DNA of 64,000 bases. Source: Octopus sinensis (lineage: Eukaryota). The notes beneath the pieces were generated by a model. The model saw only the letters and a program-made list of their open reading frames with translations, had not been told where the DNA came from and did not search any database. The position numbers and the translations under genes are program-made. The stretch covers positions 111,910,001 through 111,974,000 of the forward strand of contig NC_043001.1 of the NCBI RefSeq assembly GCF_006345805.1, in the 5' to 3' direction. Each line of letters opens with the position of its first letter. The stretch's first letter is position 1. Positions 27,680 through 41,124 of the stretch are shown piece by piece.

Positions 27680-28335
27680 ACTTTGATTCCAGATACATCT
27701 CTTTTCCCGAGGTGACCGAACATCATAGAGTCCATACGTTTTCCTAGGGTTCCAAACATATTGGGGTCCATCTTTTTCCCTAAACCACCGAATAACATGG
27801 GGTCCACTCTTTTCCCTAAACCTCCGAATAACATTGGATCATATCGTTTACCGCCATAGTTGATGTAGTCGGGGCTCATGCGTTTTCCTAAACCACCATA
27901 CAGCATTGGATCCATTCGTTTCCCAAGAGATCCGAACATTGCAGGATCCATTCTCTTTCCAAGGCTACCAAACATATATGGGTCTATTTTCTTATCTTGC
28001 TTTTCTCTATCGTCCCTGTTGAATCGTTTTCCCAATGATCCAAACATGTTGGGGTCCATTCGTTTTCCTAGATTACCGAACATCATGGGGTCCATACCAC
28101 GTGCAATGACACGGATGTTTCTGCCCAATTTTGAATATTGCTGTTGTCGTTTATCTAGGCCTGAAGGGTAATATGTTGGATCTAGTGATTTGAAATCGTC
28201 ATCTATAATACTTCGTTTGTCAGATTCGCTGTCATCTTCGGAATGTGTTTCTAGAGATCTTGTGTATTGGGCAACGTATAGGTGAAGTAGGATACTACAG
28301 AAAAGTACCTTCATCCACATGCTGCTTGGAGTCAT
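27678..28335 (-). CDS. Buccalin / allatostatin-A-type (FGLamide-like) neuropeptide precursor, main coding exon (about 219 codons; C-terminus probably in a downstream exon)
   Basis: ATG at 28335 in GCACCATG context. Hydrophobic signal peptide (MTPSSMWMKVLFCSILLHLYVAQYTRS), then an acidic spacer. Nine (G)xD[P/S]xx[F/Y]GxL-G-K[R/K] cassettes predict GMDPMMFGNLa, MDPNMFGSLa, IDPYMFGSLa, MDPAMFGSLa, MDPMLYGGLa, YDPMLFGGLa, VDPMLFGGLa, MDPNMFGTLa and MDSMMFGHLa. These resemble Aplysia buccalin A (GMDSLAFSGGLa). A consensus donor AG|GTAAGT follows 27678. Confidence 0.93.
27700..28098 (-). repeat. 36-nt (12-codon) coding tandem repeat of peptide cassettes
   Basis: Repeated xDPxxFGxLGKR units, diverged at synonymous sites, with one spacer (FNRDDREKQDKK). 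Confidence 0.9.
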
Positions 28336-28372
28336 GGTGCAAAATATCTGAAATAAATCAGGTAAAAAAAAG
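28336..28372 (-). promoter_or_regulatory. 3' splice acceptor plus 12-nt 5'UTR portion of the neuropeptide exon
   Basis: Minus strand reads ...ttttttttacctgatttatttcag|ATATTTTGCACC-ATG. The AG is at 28349-28348 and the exon starts at 28347, which implies a non-coding first exon at higher coordinates. Confidence 0.8.
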
Positions 28373-28688
28373 AATATAAATCAACAGTCGGTAATGTTTA
28401 GACAACCAAAATAAATTATGTCATTACACATATTCTTTTCAAACGAAAACAAAAAATTAAAAATGAGAAATTATTCATTTATTCCAATTCGTTGTTATCA
28501 ATAGTTAATTAGTTACCGCAACACCGAATAAAGGTAATAATTGAAACAACCTTAGTCACATCTCTGACAATAATAACAATAATACTGCAAGCAAATATCT
28601 GCTAAAAACAACAATATCAGCAGCAACAGACACTATTTAACTTCGTTGACAGCATAAACAATACCATCATCCGCAACAACAGATTTGG

Positions 28689-28880
28689 TGGAGGCGCAAT
28701 GGCCCAGTGGTTAGGGCAGCGTACTCGCGATCATAACAACGCGGTTTGGATTCCCTGGCCGGGCATTGTGAGTGTTTATTGAGCAAAAACACCTAAGCTC
28801 CACGATGCTCCAGCGGAAGTGGGGGTGAACCCCGCTGTACTCTTTCACCATAACTTTCTCTCAATCTTTCTTCCTACTTC
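28689..28880 (+). mobile_element. SINE family C copy in the intron upstream of the neuropeptide exon
   Basis: TGGAGGCGCAATGGCCCAGTGGTTAGGGCAGCG head. Confidence 0.8.
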
Positions 28881-29165
28881 TGCCACAAAGCAGAGGAACC
28901 ATGGTGTAACCCACTATGGTGTGGTAAACTTTCAGACCCTGGTCTAGATTATTAATCCTCTGTACCCCAGGATGGTTCAGCTCTCCACCCGTTAAAAGCC
29001 ACCGTTTACGGAATGAGGATAACAACGTAGATTTCGCGCCCGTGCAATGGCCAGTCTATCGCGTGTGGTGGGTGGATCTTCAAGCTGCCACACGCATTCT
29101 TAGTAGCTTAGAGTAGGCTCGAATTAGAGATTATTCTTTGTAGCTAATGGTGTGAGTCCTGATTT

Positions 29166-29167
<2 letters not shown>

Positions 29168-29196
<29 letters not shown>

Positions 29197-29284
29197 AAGA
29201 AGAAGAAGAAGAAGAAGAAGAAGAAGAAGAAGAAGGAGAAGAAGAAGAAGAAGAAGAAGAAGAAGAAGAAGAAGAAGAAGAAGA
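29168..29284. repeat. Near-perfect (AAG)n tract
   Basis: About 39 AAG units with one interruption. Confidence 0.95.
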
Positions 29285-31393
29285 CAACAGCTTTAGCAAT
29301 ATCAGCGTTAACAACAATGTTGGAAATGTCGGTGTCCATGTTCTTGCTATTGTTCGTGTCGTTCTTTAGATCTAGGACGCCTCTGAATTAAAAGTCTTAT
29401 GCCCAAAGGCTGTCCAGCCATCACCATTTTTTTCAGTTGATATCTCAAAGAATACATTACAAAATGGCACTTCATTCCTAAGACCCTACGATGAGATTTT
29501 ATAGAAAATTTGGAGCTATTAGCGTCTCACAACTCATCAAATCTGCTTATTGTTTAACCCCAGGATAATCCTGGTGGATCATACTTCTAAACAAGCGTCT
29601 TTTCAGCTGTAAATAAACGATTACTATAAAGTATAACATCTTCATAAACCAAGTCTTTCAACTTGGTTTTAATCTGCTTCTCTAACATCAAATCTTTTTG
29701 TTATTTGGTTAATATTCTCCGGAAACAAATGAATATTATATAATATTCTTATAACAAACAAATGAATGTATGCCTTGTGTCGGACAATAGAATACTATCA
29801 ATGGTAGTAGAGCTACAATGGGTATTTTGCTGATTAACAAAATTTTAATTAAGATTGGGAAACTGTTAGAAGTTCGGACAAAATAATAAGTAACCAGCTC
29901 TCAATGACATGAGCTCCATTACGAGATTGACGTAAAGCTTTCTTGGCTCTTCCGTTTGGCTTGGAAAGTGTCGATGATATTGATATGGGAGATATATTGT
30001 ATTACCAACTGCTGGTGTTCCACAAAAATTCAGGCCATTCCTTGTGACTAAGAGAGAGAGAGAGAGCTTTCCATGTGCAGATTCATGGGCAACTACCCTG
30101 ATTTGCATAAGCCAGCTCCAGCAATATCCTCTTGCATCGATGAAATTAAGCATCAAAAAGCTCATATAGAAGAGAACAGAAAAGTTTGTGCTTTGTCCCT
30201 GTTCTCCGTGTCCTCTCTTGAAAGTATAAGCGAAACAGAAACTCTCCATGCCATCATTTGAGCTGTTAGAAATAGCTACCAAATTTCACTAAAGTCATGT
30301 TCTACTGTGCAGCCAAATTGTGGGACACACTGTGATATAAGTGTACATACAAGTGATATATGCATGTGATAAACAGCTTTCATTTAGGTGCCATGTCAGA
30401 GGTGGCCTGAGGCTGATTAACAATGTAAAAAGAAAAAAAAAAGAAATGATATCCAAAATCTGATTAGACATTAGAGCAGACGTAGAATATCCAGATATCT
30501 AAAAATGCATAACAAGTAATAAAACGCTACATATTGCAGCTTGCCCTACTGTCTTCATTTTGAAAGGGACAATATATACCTGGAGCAACATTATTACTAC
30601 ATTGTAAGAATTTAGTCTTTCGGCCCCTAATCTACGCAGATAATATATCGTAATAAGCATAATGGAGAAAAAATCACGAAATTATTTACAACAAATTTTT
30701 CTTTCCTTACATTTCTGAGATTTGCCTATGGTATATTACTTTGGGTAAAACACACATAAATAAATAATTAGATTGAAAGAAAATTTGCTATTTTCTTTGC
30801 TGTTGATTTCTGATATTGTTAGTTATGTTGCCTACGCTGTTATTTATGTTGTTTGTTATGAGCCAGATTCAATTAGTTTCATGTAGCAAATATGTTAGAC
30901 AAAGAAAATAGATTTAATGCTTAAACACACACACACACACAAACACACAAGCATTCACTTACACGCACAGATATTTGTACATAGTATATAATTCTATGTA
31001 CACAGATATGTATGGGAATAAGGGGTGTGAGTGTATGTGTGTATGTGTGTATGTGTGTGTGGGTGTTTTTTTTTTCTTTTTTAATGCTGAAAGCGAGTTT
31101 ATAATCTTAAGAAAATTATTACTGTTTCGACCAGTGTGGAGGCGAAGAATGAATAATATAAAACACACACACACACACACACATACACACACACATACAC
31201 TCACACACACACACGCAGACACGCTCACATCCATGCTCACACACATACACACACATGATAACACACGCGCTCACACATACATACACACGGTCACTCACAC
31301 GTACATAAAGATGTGAATATATATAGAAAAATTCTTTGAATGTAAAAACGACTTCATGTTGATGTTTATTAGTTCTGTTATTTTGTGAGCAAT

Positions 31394-31489
<96 letters not shown>

Positions 31490-34040
31490 TTATATATATA
31501 TGTTTGTATGTGTATATGTGTGTATACACACTCATATGTGTGTATGTATGTATGTATGTATGTGTTTGTATTTTATGATCTAAATTTCCTCTTTTCTTTA
31601 TGCTTATATCTCATTGTCTGCGTATTGTTCACGGAGCTTTTCTCGTTTTCTTGTTAATTCTGTGAGAGTTAGTATAAAATAAAACTAACTGAATATTCAT
31701 ATTGTATGTGATGTTTGGATTACTTTTCTTTCTTGTCTTTCATTGCTTTGTTGTTTTTTTTTGTTGTTTTTTTTGCTTTAAAAAAACGAAACACTTTGTT
31801 TTGTGACAAATAACTGGAATTTACTGGAAAACACATAAACAAAGAAATATGTAAACAAAAAGAGCAACAAAAATATCAAATAAGCAAAAAAGAAAGATTA
31901 AAATAAAGCAATCGAACGGACACACAAAAATAATTGAAACACAGCAATAAATATATTCGATTAGATTTTTCCTAGCAAATATTATGGAGAAAATAAGTAG
32001 TGCTTTTAAACTTAAATAGTATACAAAAGATTGTTGAATGTAGAAATTATAGGAATTTGTACAAAATAGTTCGTTTCTTATATTTTCAACTGATCTTTTG
32101 TTTCAAATAATACTTATTTGCACTTTGAAAACTGAAGTTTCATTCTTTCTGGATTTTAGTGAAAGTATTAATCAATATCTATAAGGAGGATAAAAGGCGT
32201 GAAGAGGCAGCATCGACAAAACATCGAAAAAAGACTTGCGGTATTTTATTACAACCCACACTATTTGAATTCTGAATTTAAAACTCGCCCAATCTTTATG
32301 TTTATATTCTAAGAGGCGGTGGTTAAGTTCCAGTTGCATACTGGGAACTATTTTTGTGGGGAAGTCCCTTTGTTAAAAAGGAAGTCAATCTATATCTATA
32401 AAAGGCAGGATGTGTGTGTATGTAATTTATGCACGTCCACAAATTAGCACGCACGTCGCTCCAATTTTTGGAGAACATTCGGCATGATCCTAGTTGTATT
32501 TTCGTCAACTTAGTTTTACCAGAGGCATCAGCGAATAGCAGTAAAAATAAAGTTTCAACCAAAACTTTTAACAATTTTCAAGTCGGAGAAATCACCATTG
32601 TTTGCAAACTTGTGTAATTACGAACCTACATATGGTCGTATAACTTTGTATTAAATATTTGAATTCTCATACAATGGTACAAAATTATAACACAAAGTTA
32701 TCACACATGCTGAACCTAACAAAATAGTTGCATATTATTTTTTATAGACTCGATTTCAATGAAGGTTGGGAATCAGAAATCGGATGCAATAGTATGCAAA
32801 GACGTTAAGAATATTCTTTGAAAAATCGTTCACATGATCCGTATAATTAATTGTAGACTTGTCAAAGCATCGATCATTCCAGTGGACATTACCATAATGC
32901 CTTCACATGAAAGAGTCAAACTCAAAGAAATTAAAACTAGTTCTGCCAACAACTGAGTATGTCAAAGAGATTTTTACAGTTAGCACATCCGATATCGCTT
33001 CATAAATTCAACTAGAGTTGCTTGTGGAAAATGACAAGTCATGCATAATGTATTCCAACATTGAAACACCCATGTGGGGATCTGGCTTCTCAGGTTTGGG
33101 CACATTGTCAGAAATTATGAAGAAGACTTTAAAAATATAATTCACGTGTAAGGTTCTAGCAGGTAAGTGCTTGGTTCCTGGGAAGAGGAAATAATATCAG
33201 AACCAACATGATATCCCTAGAAAAAAATGATAGGTGGAGCATAGAGAGAGCCTTGCTCTTTAAAGACCTCCGTGATATAATATTATCAAGAAAGGCACCA
33301 CAGCGTCTGGAAAATCAAGAGTATAATAGCGGAGTGGAACAGATAAATTAACTAGTACAGAAATACAAGTCGATTTACACAATAAATGTTATCAGGCACT
33401 GCCAGACTGCACTCGAGTCCCCTGAACCCATATATGGTGTCAGAAGCTTCAGTCATGTTTATAAACAATGAGCAACGTGTCATAAATGTTCTCTTATTCA
33501 AATAAAGTCGCAGAAATTGAAGAACGCGGAAATGAAAACAGTGTAAATAGAACGGCATGTATGTCAACATTAAAGTTGTCCTCTGTACTGAGGTTAATGT
33601 TCTTCATTATGTGTTCGTATTTATAGGTTCTCTGATTGATTATGAGAATAATATTAGTTTTAAAACTTCTTCCGCCTTCGGAGCCGTCTCCTATAATTTC
33701 GTATAAATTTTTCATCTTTTGACACCCAATATTTTTTTTATCTGTTGTGTTTCGAACAATGGAACGACAGAATATCCATTGTATTGGGCTTCTAGCTCAA
33801 AAGATGTTTTCCACCTTCCTTAACGCTCTCATTTTTATCGTCTTCTATTGTCTGCCAGTTACACCTGGCCTTCTTTTAAACTAGGAATAGGTGTACTACG
33901 GAACTCGATCATTTTTTTTTATTTGAACAACACGAACTCGTAATTTCTTTAGTCATAAGTATACTAGTCTATAAAATTGAAGGTAAATTGCTTCCTTACC
34001 AATTAAAGCAAAAAAAAGACCCAGAAAAAAACCAATGATA

Positions 34041-34821
34041 GGCGTAGGAATGGCTCTGTGGTAAATAGCTTGCTTACCAACCACATAGTTCCGGGTTCAA
34101 ACCCTCTGCGTGGCACTTTGGGCAAGTGCCTTCTACTATAGCCTCGGGCCGACCAAAGCCTTGTGAGTGGTTTTGGTAGAGGGAAACTGAAAAGAAGCAG
34201 GTCGTACATATATATATATATATTTGCTGCGCCTCTGTTCTGTTTTTGTTTTTGCCAACGGATTTCCTATTTCTTCCTGAAGAGAAAGACACAATATGGT
34301 CTCCTTATTCAATCGGAATTTGGTAAATTGTGGCTTTCGAAACACGTGTAGAATGCAATAAAACGATTTCTGTTCAATCTTCGTTCAACTCCACTTCTTC
34401 AATTCACTAATAATATTAAAATTCAATTATCCGCACCAACGCATGGTTGCAACACCATATGGTTGTACCTCCAACCGTGCTGTCTTCTGCTGTGTTTTTG
34501 CTACCAAGGTATCGGTTAAACTTGTTAAGATATTCATCTTCAACAAGATTACTCATCTATATATATGTGTGTGTGTGTGTGTGTGTGAGTGTGTGTGTGT
34601 GTGTGTATTTGTGTGTCTGTGTTTGTCCCCCACAATCGCTTGACAACCGGTGCTTGTGTGTTTACGGCCCCGTAACATAGCGGTTCGGCAAACAGTCCGA
34701 TAGAATAAGTACTAGGCTTACAAAGTATAAGTCCTGGGGTCGATTTGCTCGACTAAAGGCGGTGCTCCAGCATGGTCACAGTCAAACGGCTGAAACAAGT
34801 AAAAGAGTAAAAGAGTAAAGA
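34041..34821 (+). mobile_element. SINE family A head (34041-34206) and 3' half (about 34615-34821) separated by unique sequence
   Basis: Both halves match the 21126 copy. Confidence 0.75.
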
Positions 34822-35208
34822 GATCTGCAAACTGTTTCGCTGATAATTTTGATAGCTGGGATTTGGTCGCCATTGATGCTCTTGACGATTGTTGCGATAA
34901 AGACATAGAACAATCAAACATACATGCCATATTCCCGATCAGTCTTGAAATGCTATGGCTTAAACGATTAACCAATAAATTAACAGCCTACAAACTAAAA
35001 CAGTGTGAGACATGGCTGAGTATTCCGTACAGGGGAATACGTACAAGATAATGTTCAAAGAAAATCGCTACGTCACTCTGTGAAGCAGTTGGATATACAG
35101 ATACAAATATTCATGCATTTATACATACATATCATTGAATATGTATATATATATTATATAATTGTATGTATATATGTATATATATAGTCTTTACTCTTTT
35201 ACTCTCTC

Positions 35209-35696
35209 TTTTACTTGTTTCAGTCATTTGACTGCGGCCATGCTGGAGCACCGCCTTTAGTCGAACAACTAGAAGACACTTAACCAAGGTGCACGCAGTG
35301 GGACTGAACCCGAACCATGTGGTTGGTAAACAAGCTACTTACCAACCAGCCACTCCTCGCCTAGTTGAGACAATATATAGTATATATATATAGATACATA
35401 TTATATAATATATAATATATACACATATATGTATATATTTATATATACATACATATATTTATATATATATGTATGTATGTATAGATATATATATAAATAT
35501 GCATGTATAAATATAGTATATATATATATATATAATATATATATTATACATATAATATAATATATATATATATATACATGCATATATATATATATATATA
35601 TATTATACATACATATTTATATATATATCTATATATTATATAAATATATAATATATGTATGTATATATAAATATATACATATAATGTAATATATAG

Positions 35697-35751
<55 letters not shown>

Positions 35752-35922
35752 TATATGTCTCAACTAGGCGCAGGAGTGGCTGTGTGGTAAGTAGCTTGTT
35801 TACCAACCACATGGTTCCGGGTTCAGTCCCACTGCGTGGCACCTTGGGTAAGTGTCTTCTAGTTGTTCGACTAAAGGCGGTGCTCCAGCATGGCCGCAGT
35901 CAAATGACTGAAACAAGTAAAA
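35209..35922. repeat. Inverted duplication of an internally deleted SINE-A plus flank
   Basis: 35209-35372 is the reverse complement of 35756-35922. Both share the same deletion junction (CTTCTAG|TTGTTCGACT) and flank (TGTCTCAACTA). Confidence 0.9.
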
Positions 35923-36387
35923 TATATATGTATGTATGTATATATATATATACGTACATACACACACATACACACACATATATGTATATCTATATGTGCA
36001 TTTGTATATAAACATATACACGCATATAAGTATATATGCGTGCACCTTCGTTTATATATCTACAGATATACTACTACGCATGTGAATCTATTTGTGCGCG
36101 AATATATTTCGATTGTTTAATTTTGCCTTCATTCAATTATAAAAGCAATTAGTTTGATACGATGATGGTTTTTAAACTCAAACTGACAGAGCAGTGGGCG
36201 GGATAACAACGCCTGTTTTGCTTCTGTTGAGATTACCAATATAAGCCTATTTAATACACAAAACTATTCGTTTTGAATCTATTCGGAACAGTTACTGAAG
36301 ATTGCTGTCATGAGAGAGTCTAATACTACCCACCTTGCAAAGTGACAGAAACACGCATAGGCACACAACCAAACGTTTGTCAGTCTA

Positions 36388-36461
<74 letters not shown>

Positions 36462-36852
36462 GTTATATAACTTTTTATCTATTTTTTTTTCATTCTGGCA
36501 GTGTGTGTGTAAATATATGTGTGCGCATGTGTGAAACTGTGTGTGTATGTATAAGTGTTGCATGTATATAAATATATACTCATGAGTATATAAAAAAATA
36601 TATACACGTACACATATATAAGTATATATATATCTAAGCATACAATGTATATATATGTACATACATATATATATTTAAGTGTGTATATATATATATATAT
36701 ATATATAGATATTATCATATATATATATGTACATGTGTATATACATATACATCTATAACTATTATTATCTTTCTATCTATAACTATATCTATATCTATGT
36801 ATATATGATATGTATATATTATATATATATAATATATATATATATATATTAT

Positions 36853-36896
<44 letters not shown>

Positions 36897-36996
36897 TATC
36901 ATATATACCACACACGCATACATACAGAAAACACATACGTATATATACACAGGTATATTTGGCATATATATCTATATCTATCTAAATATCTATCTT

Positions 36997-37041
<45 letters not shown>

Positions 37042-37139
37042 ATATCTATATATATATATATATATATATGCATACATACATATATATATATGTATAGATA
37101 TACATGCATACACGCACACACACACAGACACACACACAG

Positions 37140-37203
<64 letters not shown>

Positions 37204-37707
37204 ACGGATATGGATTTCATCCAGTCACTTTACGAAATCATTTTGTCTAGAAGTAAAAGTATGCGCGTGTCTCAGCTGGATTATTATGATTACAATGGAA
37301 CGCATGGAAGATATTAAAACGTTGATAACATCCTCTTAACGTCTATCAATGCTCTGCTATATCTATCTTTTTGGACTAAGTTATTTCGTGATGTAGCTAA
37401 TTGCATGCCAGTCTAATTGCATCAGCCTAGAACCATGTTCCCATTTAGAATTAATCGCTCGCACTAACAGACACACTTAAAGCCTGACGCAAATACAAAT
37501 AAATGCCGATGCAGACACCTATCACTCAGCCATTTACACACACAAACAACATAGTGAAACTCAAGCAGCAACGTACACATGCGTATATAGACACATACAT
37601 ATATATATACATGTGTCCATGCGTCTGCCTACACTTACATATGCATTCATATATACATACATACATACATACATACATACATACATACATACATACATAC
37701 ATACATA

Positions 37708-37787
<80 letters not shown>

Positions 37788-38078
37788 TAGACTCATAAAT
37801 GCATTGATACGCAAAATATAATGCACTCGTTCTTATCCGGAGATTCATAGCATTTTGATGAGATATGATGGCTAATTATCAATACAATCTAGAGAAAAAT
37901 CAATCACAAATGCTAAAAAAACAACAAAAATTACGAAAGGGGCAGGGGAAAAATACACATACATAGATATACATACATACACAGACATACTCATATGTGT
38001 ATATATATATATATAGGTATATATATATATGTATTTATATATATATATATGTGATATATATATGTTTATATATATATG

Positions 38079-38110
<32 letters not shown>

Positions 38111-38159
38111 TTCTTTCTCTCTTTCTCAATCTATCTGTCTATCTATCAATCTATATCTC

Positions 38160-38191
<32 letters not shown>

Positions 38192-38216
38192 CTATCTATC
38201 TATATATCTATGTATC

Positions 38217-38280
<64 letters not shown>

Positions 38281-38644
38281 TATATTATATATATATAGAT
38301 AATATATATCTATATATATATACATATGTATATGGATTATGAGTCTGTATGTATATGTACTTGTATGAGATGTACCCACGTAACTGTAATACAGACGTAA
38401 ATTGTGCGCTGGTTTTAGGGGGTAAAAACGCGAAGCACTGAATAGTCCCATGTGTTTGTAGTGTCAGGAGTTTATCATAATTGTATGTTGACAAACACGA
38501 TGATTTACCTAGACTCTCGTGGCTGCTGTCCACAAACAATTGCTGAGAATGAATTAACAATTATACGCACGGACACATGCACGCACACATACATGGACTC
38601 ACACACGCGGACATGCATAGATATATACTTGTTAATATGTATAT

Positions 38645-39003
38645 GTTTTGGTATATATATGCATGCCTACTAAGGAAAAGGTGCTGCATGTGGACAATTA
38701 GGTTCAGACATTGCAAAGAAGCAGAGTTTCTGGTAATAAAAGACTTAGTTTTGTTATTTTGGTGTATATATTTTGGTGTATATTTTGGCGTATATTTTGG
38801 TGTATATATATTTCGATGTATATTTTGGCGTATATTTTGGTGTATATATATTTTGGTGTATATTTTGGCGTATATTTTGGTGTATATATATTTTAGTGTA
38901 TATATCCATGCGTACTAAGAACAATGTGCTACATGTGGAAAATTAGATTCAGACATTGCAAATAAGCAGAATTTCTTGTAATAATTGCTTTAGTTTTGTT
39001 ATT
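38645..39003. repeat. Diverged direct repeats (about 105 bp) enclosing a TTTTGG(T/C)GTATA(TA) minisatellite
   Basis: About 38650-38758 matches about 38898-39003, with roughly 11 units of 12-16 nt between them. Confidence 0.85.
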
Positions 39004-39878
39004 GTGTTGGAGCGTGGTATACGATTGCATCAACCTTACTGCTTGACTTAGTTATTTGATCGACCCCAAAGCTGATCCGGGTGGATTTCGAAATTTTAAA
39101 AGTAAATTATATCGTATGAATTTTAAGAATTCGAGAATGATAGGACATACGATTTTGTATGCAAACATATGTGCAACTACTGATCCCAGTATAACTACAC
39201 ACATATACACACAACATACACACATCCGCAAATCCACATATACACGTACATACACATAAACATGAAAAACACTCCTTAAATTCAAACTATATTTTTCTTT
39301 ACATATAAATTTCCACTGGTTTCGTTATGGATATCTGCCGATGTGTTTGCGATTCTATACATACCTGTGTCAATTTAAATCCAATATGCAGAAAGAATCA
39401 TTATAGGAATCAGAAAATAAAATTGTCGTAAGCTTAAGAAAAATACATTTATCATGCGAAGCGTCTTACGCAGAGTGCACCTCAAACATGACATCTATTC
39501 ATGTTTAGGACAAGCTGGAATTAAATTTGATTATAAAGCCTATTATTAAAGTTCGTTTTTCTTTTGCTGTAAAGTTGCTTTTCAAATAAACAATTGGTAA
39601 CAAAATACTCGATATTCTCAGATGTCATTATCACTTTCTGGTGTCAAACACTATTATTTAATTGCTTTTTTGCTGTGAACAAACTGTATCTTGAGGCAGT
39701 TTTTAAAAAAATATCTTATTATACGTACATACATATATACGTACATACATATATACGTACATATATATGCGTTTCTCCCTCTTCTCTCTCTATCTCTATT
39801 CCCTCTCTCTCTCTCTCTACAGACACACACACACACATATATATATATATACATGTTTGTTTATGTATACAAGTTTGT

Positions 39879-39931
<53 letters not shown>

Positions 39932-40413
39932 CATCCATATATATATACGTTATAAAATTGTGCATATATCCATGAACATGCATATACACACCAATGTATG
40001 AGTGCGTGTACATGAGGGTATTTGTGTGTGCTTGTGTGTATTTGTACTTGTTTGTATGCATGTATGTATATATGTTCATGTATGCGTGTGTGTGAGTGTG
40101 AGTCATTGAGTGAGCGTGATGTTATTAGGTAGCATTTCAGTTCTGATCGATATCTATCAGGTAGTTCAAGATAATTGAAATAATTAACTACATTTCTTCA
40201 TGTCAGCATCGTGTTTGTAAGATTGTGGTTTCGATTCCTGTTGTGTTCTTGAGCAAAACACTTCACTTCATGTTGCTCCAGTCCACTCAGCTGGCAAAAA
40301 TGAGTAACGCTGCAATGGACTGGCATCCCGTCCAGCTGGGGAACACATACGCCATTGAAACCGGGAAACCGGGCCCCTGAGCAGGCTAGGCTTTAAAAAG
40401 GGCGCATTTATTT

Positions 40414-40737
40414 GTGGAGGCGCAATGGCCCAGTGGTTTGCGCAGTGGACTCGCGGTCGGAGGATCGCAATTTCGATTCCCAGACTGGGCATTGTGTGTG
40501 TTTATTGAGCGAAAACACCTAAAGCTGCACGAGGCTCCGGCAGGGGGTTGCGTGGCGACACCTGTTGTACTCTTCCGCCCCAATTTTCTATCACTCTTTC
40601 TTCCTGTTTCTTGAGTAAATCTGCGATGGATTGGCGTCCCGTCCAGCTAGGGGGAACACATACGCTATAGAAACCGGGAAACCGGGGCCATGAGCCTGGC
40701 TAGGCTTGAAAAGGGCGCATAAAAAAAAAAAAAAAAA
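40414..40737 (+). mobile_element. SINE family C, full length with poly(A) tail
   Basis: tRNA-like head, 3' end GGCTAGGCTTGAAAAGGGCGCAT followed by an A-run. A SINE with the same tail lies immediately upstream (about 40220-40410). Confidence 0.85.
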
Positions 40738-40975
40738 TATCTTTATATCACAATATCTATCTAAAGTGCATACAATCGTATCTTTTTTTGTTTCTTTTAC
40801 TGCTAAATATTGTTTATATAATGTTCATCATTCTCCCAAACTCCGTTTACGTAATCTCTTCTACATAACGAACTAAAACATTTGCAACCTCACCTTTCGC
40901 ATTGCTGCAATCCTGGGTCCATACATCACAAGCAATAAACAAATAAAAAGCAATTTTGTGCGTGTGCTATGTAAC

Positions 40976-41124
40976 ATAGTTTCTTCTAATTCCACGTAAT
41001 TCGAGATACAGACAGCAAGAAACGAGAAAAGAACAGTTAACGAAACAACTGTTCTTTTCTCGTTTCTTTCTTTCCTTTTTATTGCTCTCTGTATCTCGAA
41101 TTACATGGAATTAGAAGAAACTAT
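40976..41124. repeat. Long inverted repeat (hairpin)
   Basis: Outer arms ATAGTTTCTTCTAATTCCACGTAATTCGAGATACAGA and their complement. The inner stem AAGAAACGAGAAAAGAACAGTT is a perfect 22 bp with an 8-nt loop. Confidence 0.9.

Noticed and set aside
27878-28171. 97-aa plus-strand ORF with repeats
   Set aside because: Antisense shadow of the neuropeptide repeat region.
33155-33170. Plus-strand consensus donor CAG|GTAAGT
   Set aside because: No convincing upstream open exon or partner exons were found.
38757-38900. CRISPR-like periodic array
   Set aside because: No unique spacers, eukaryotic context; a simple minisatellite.
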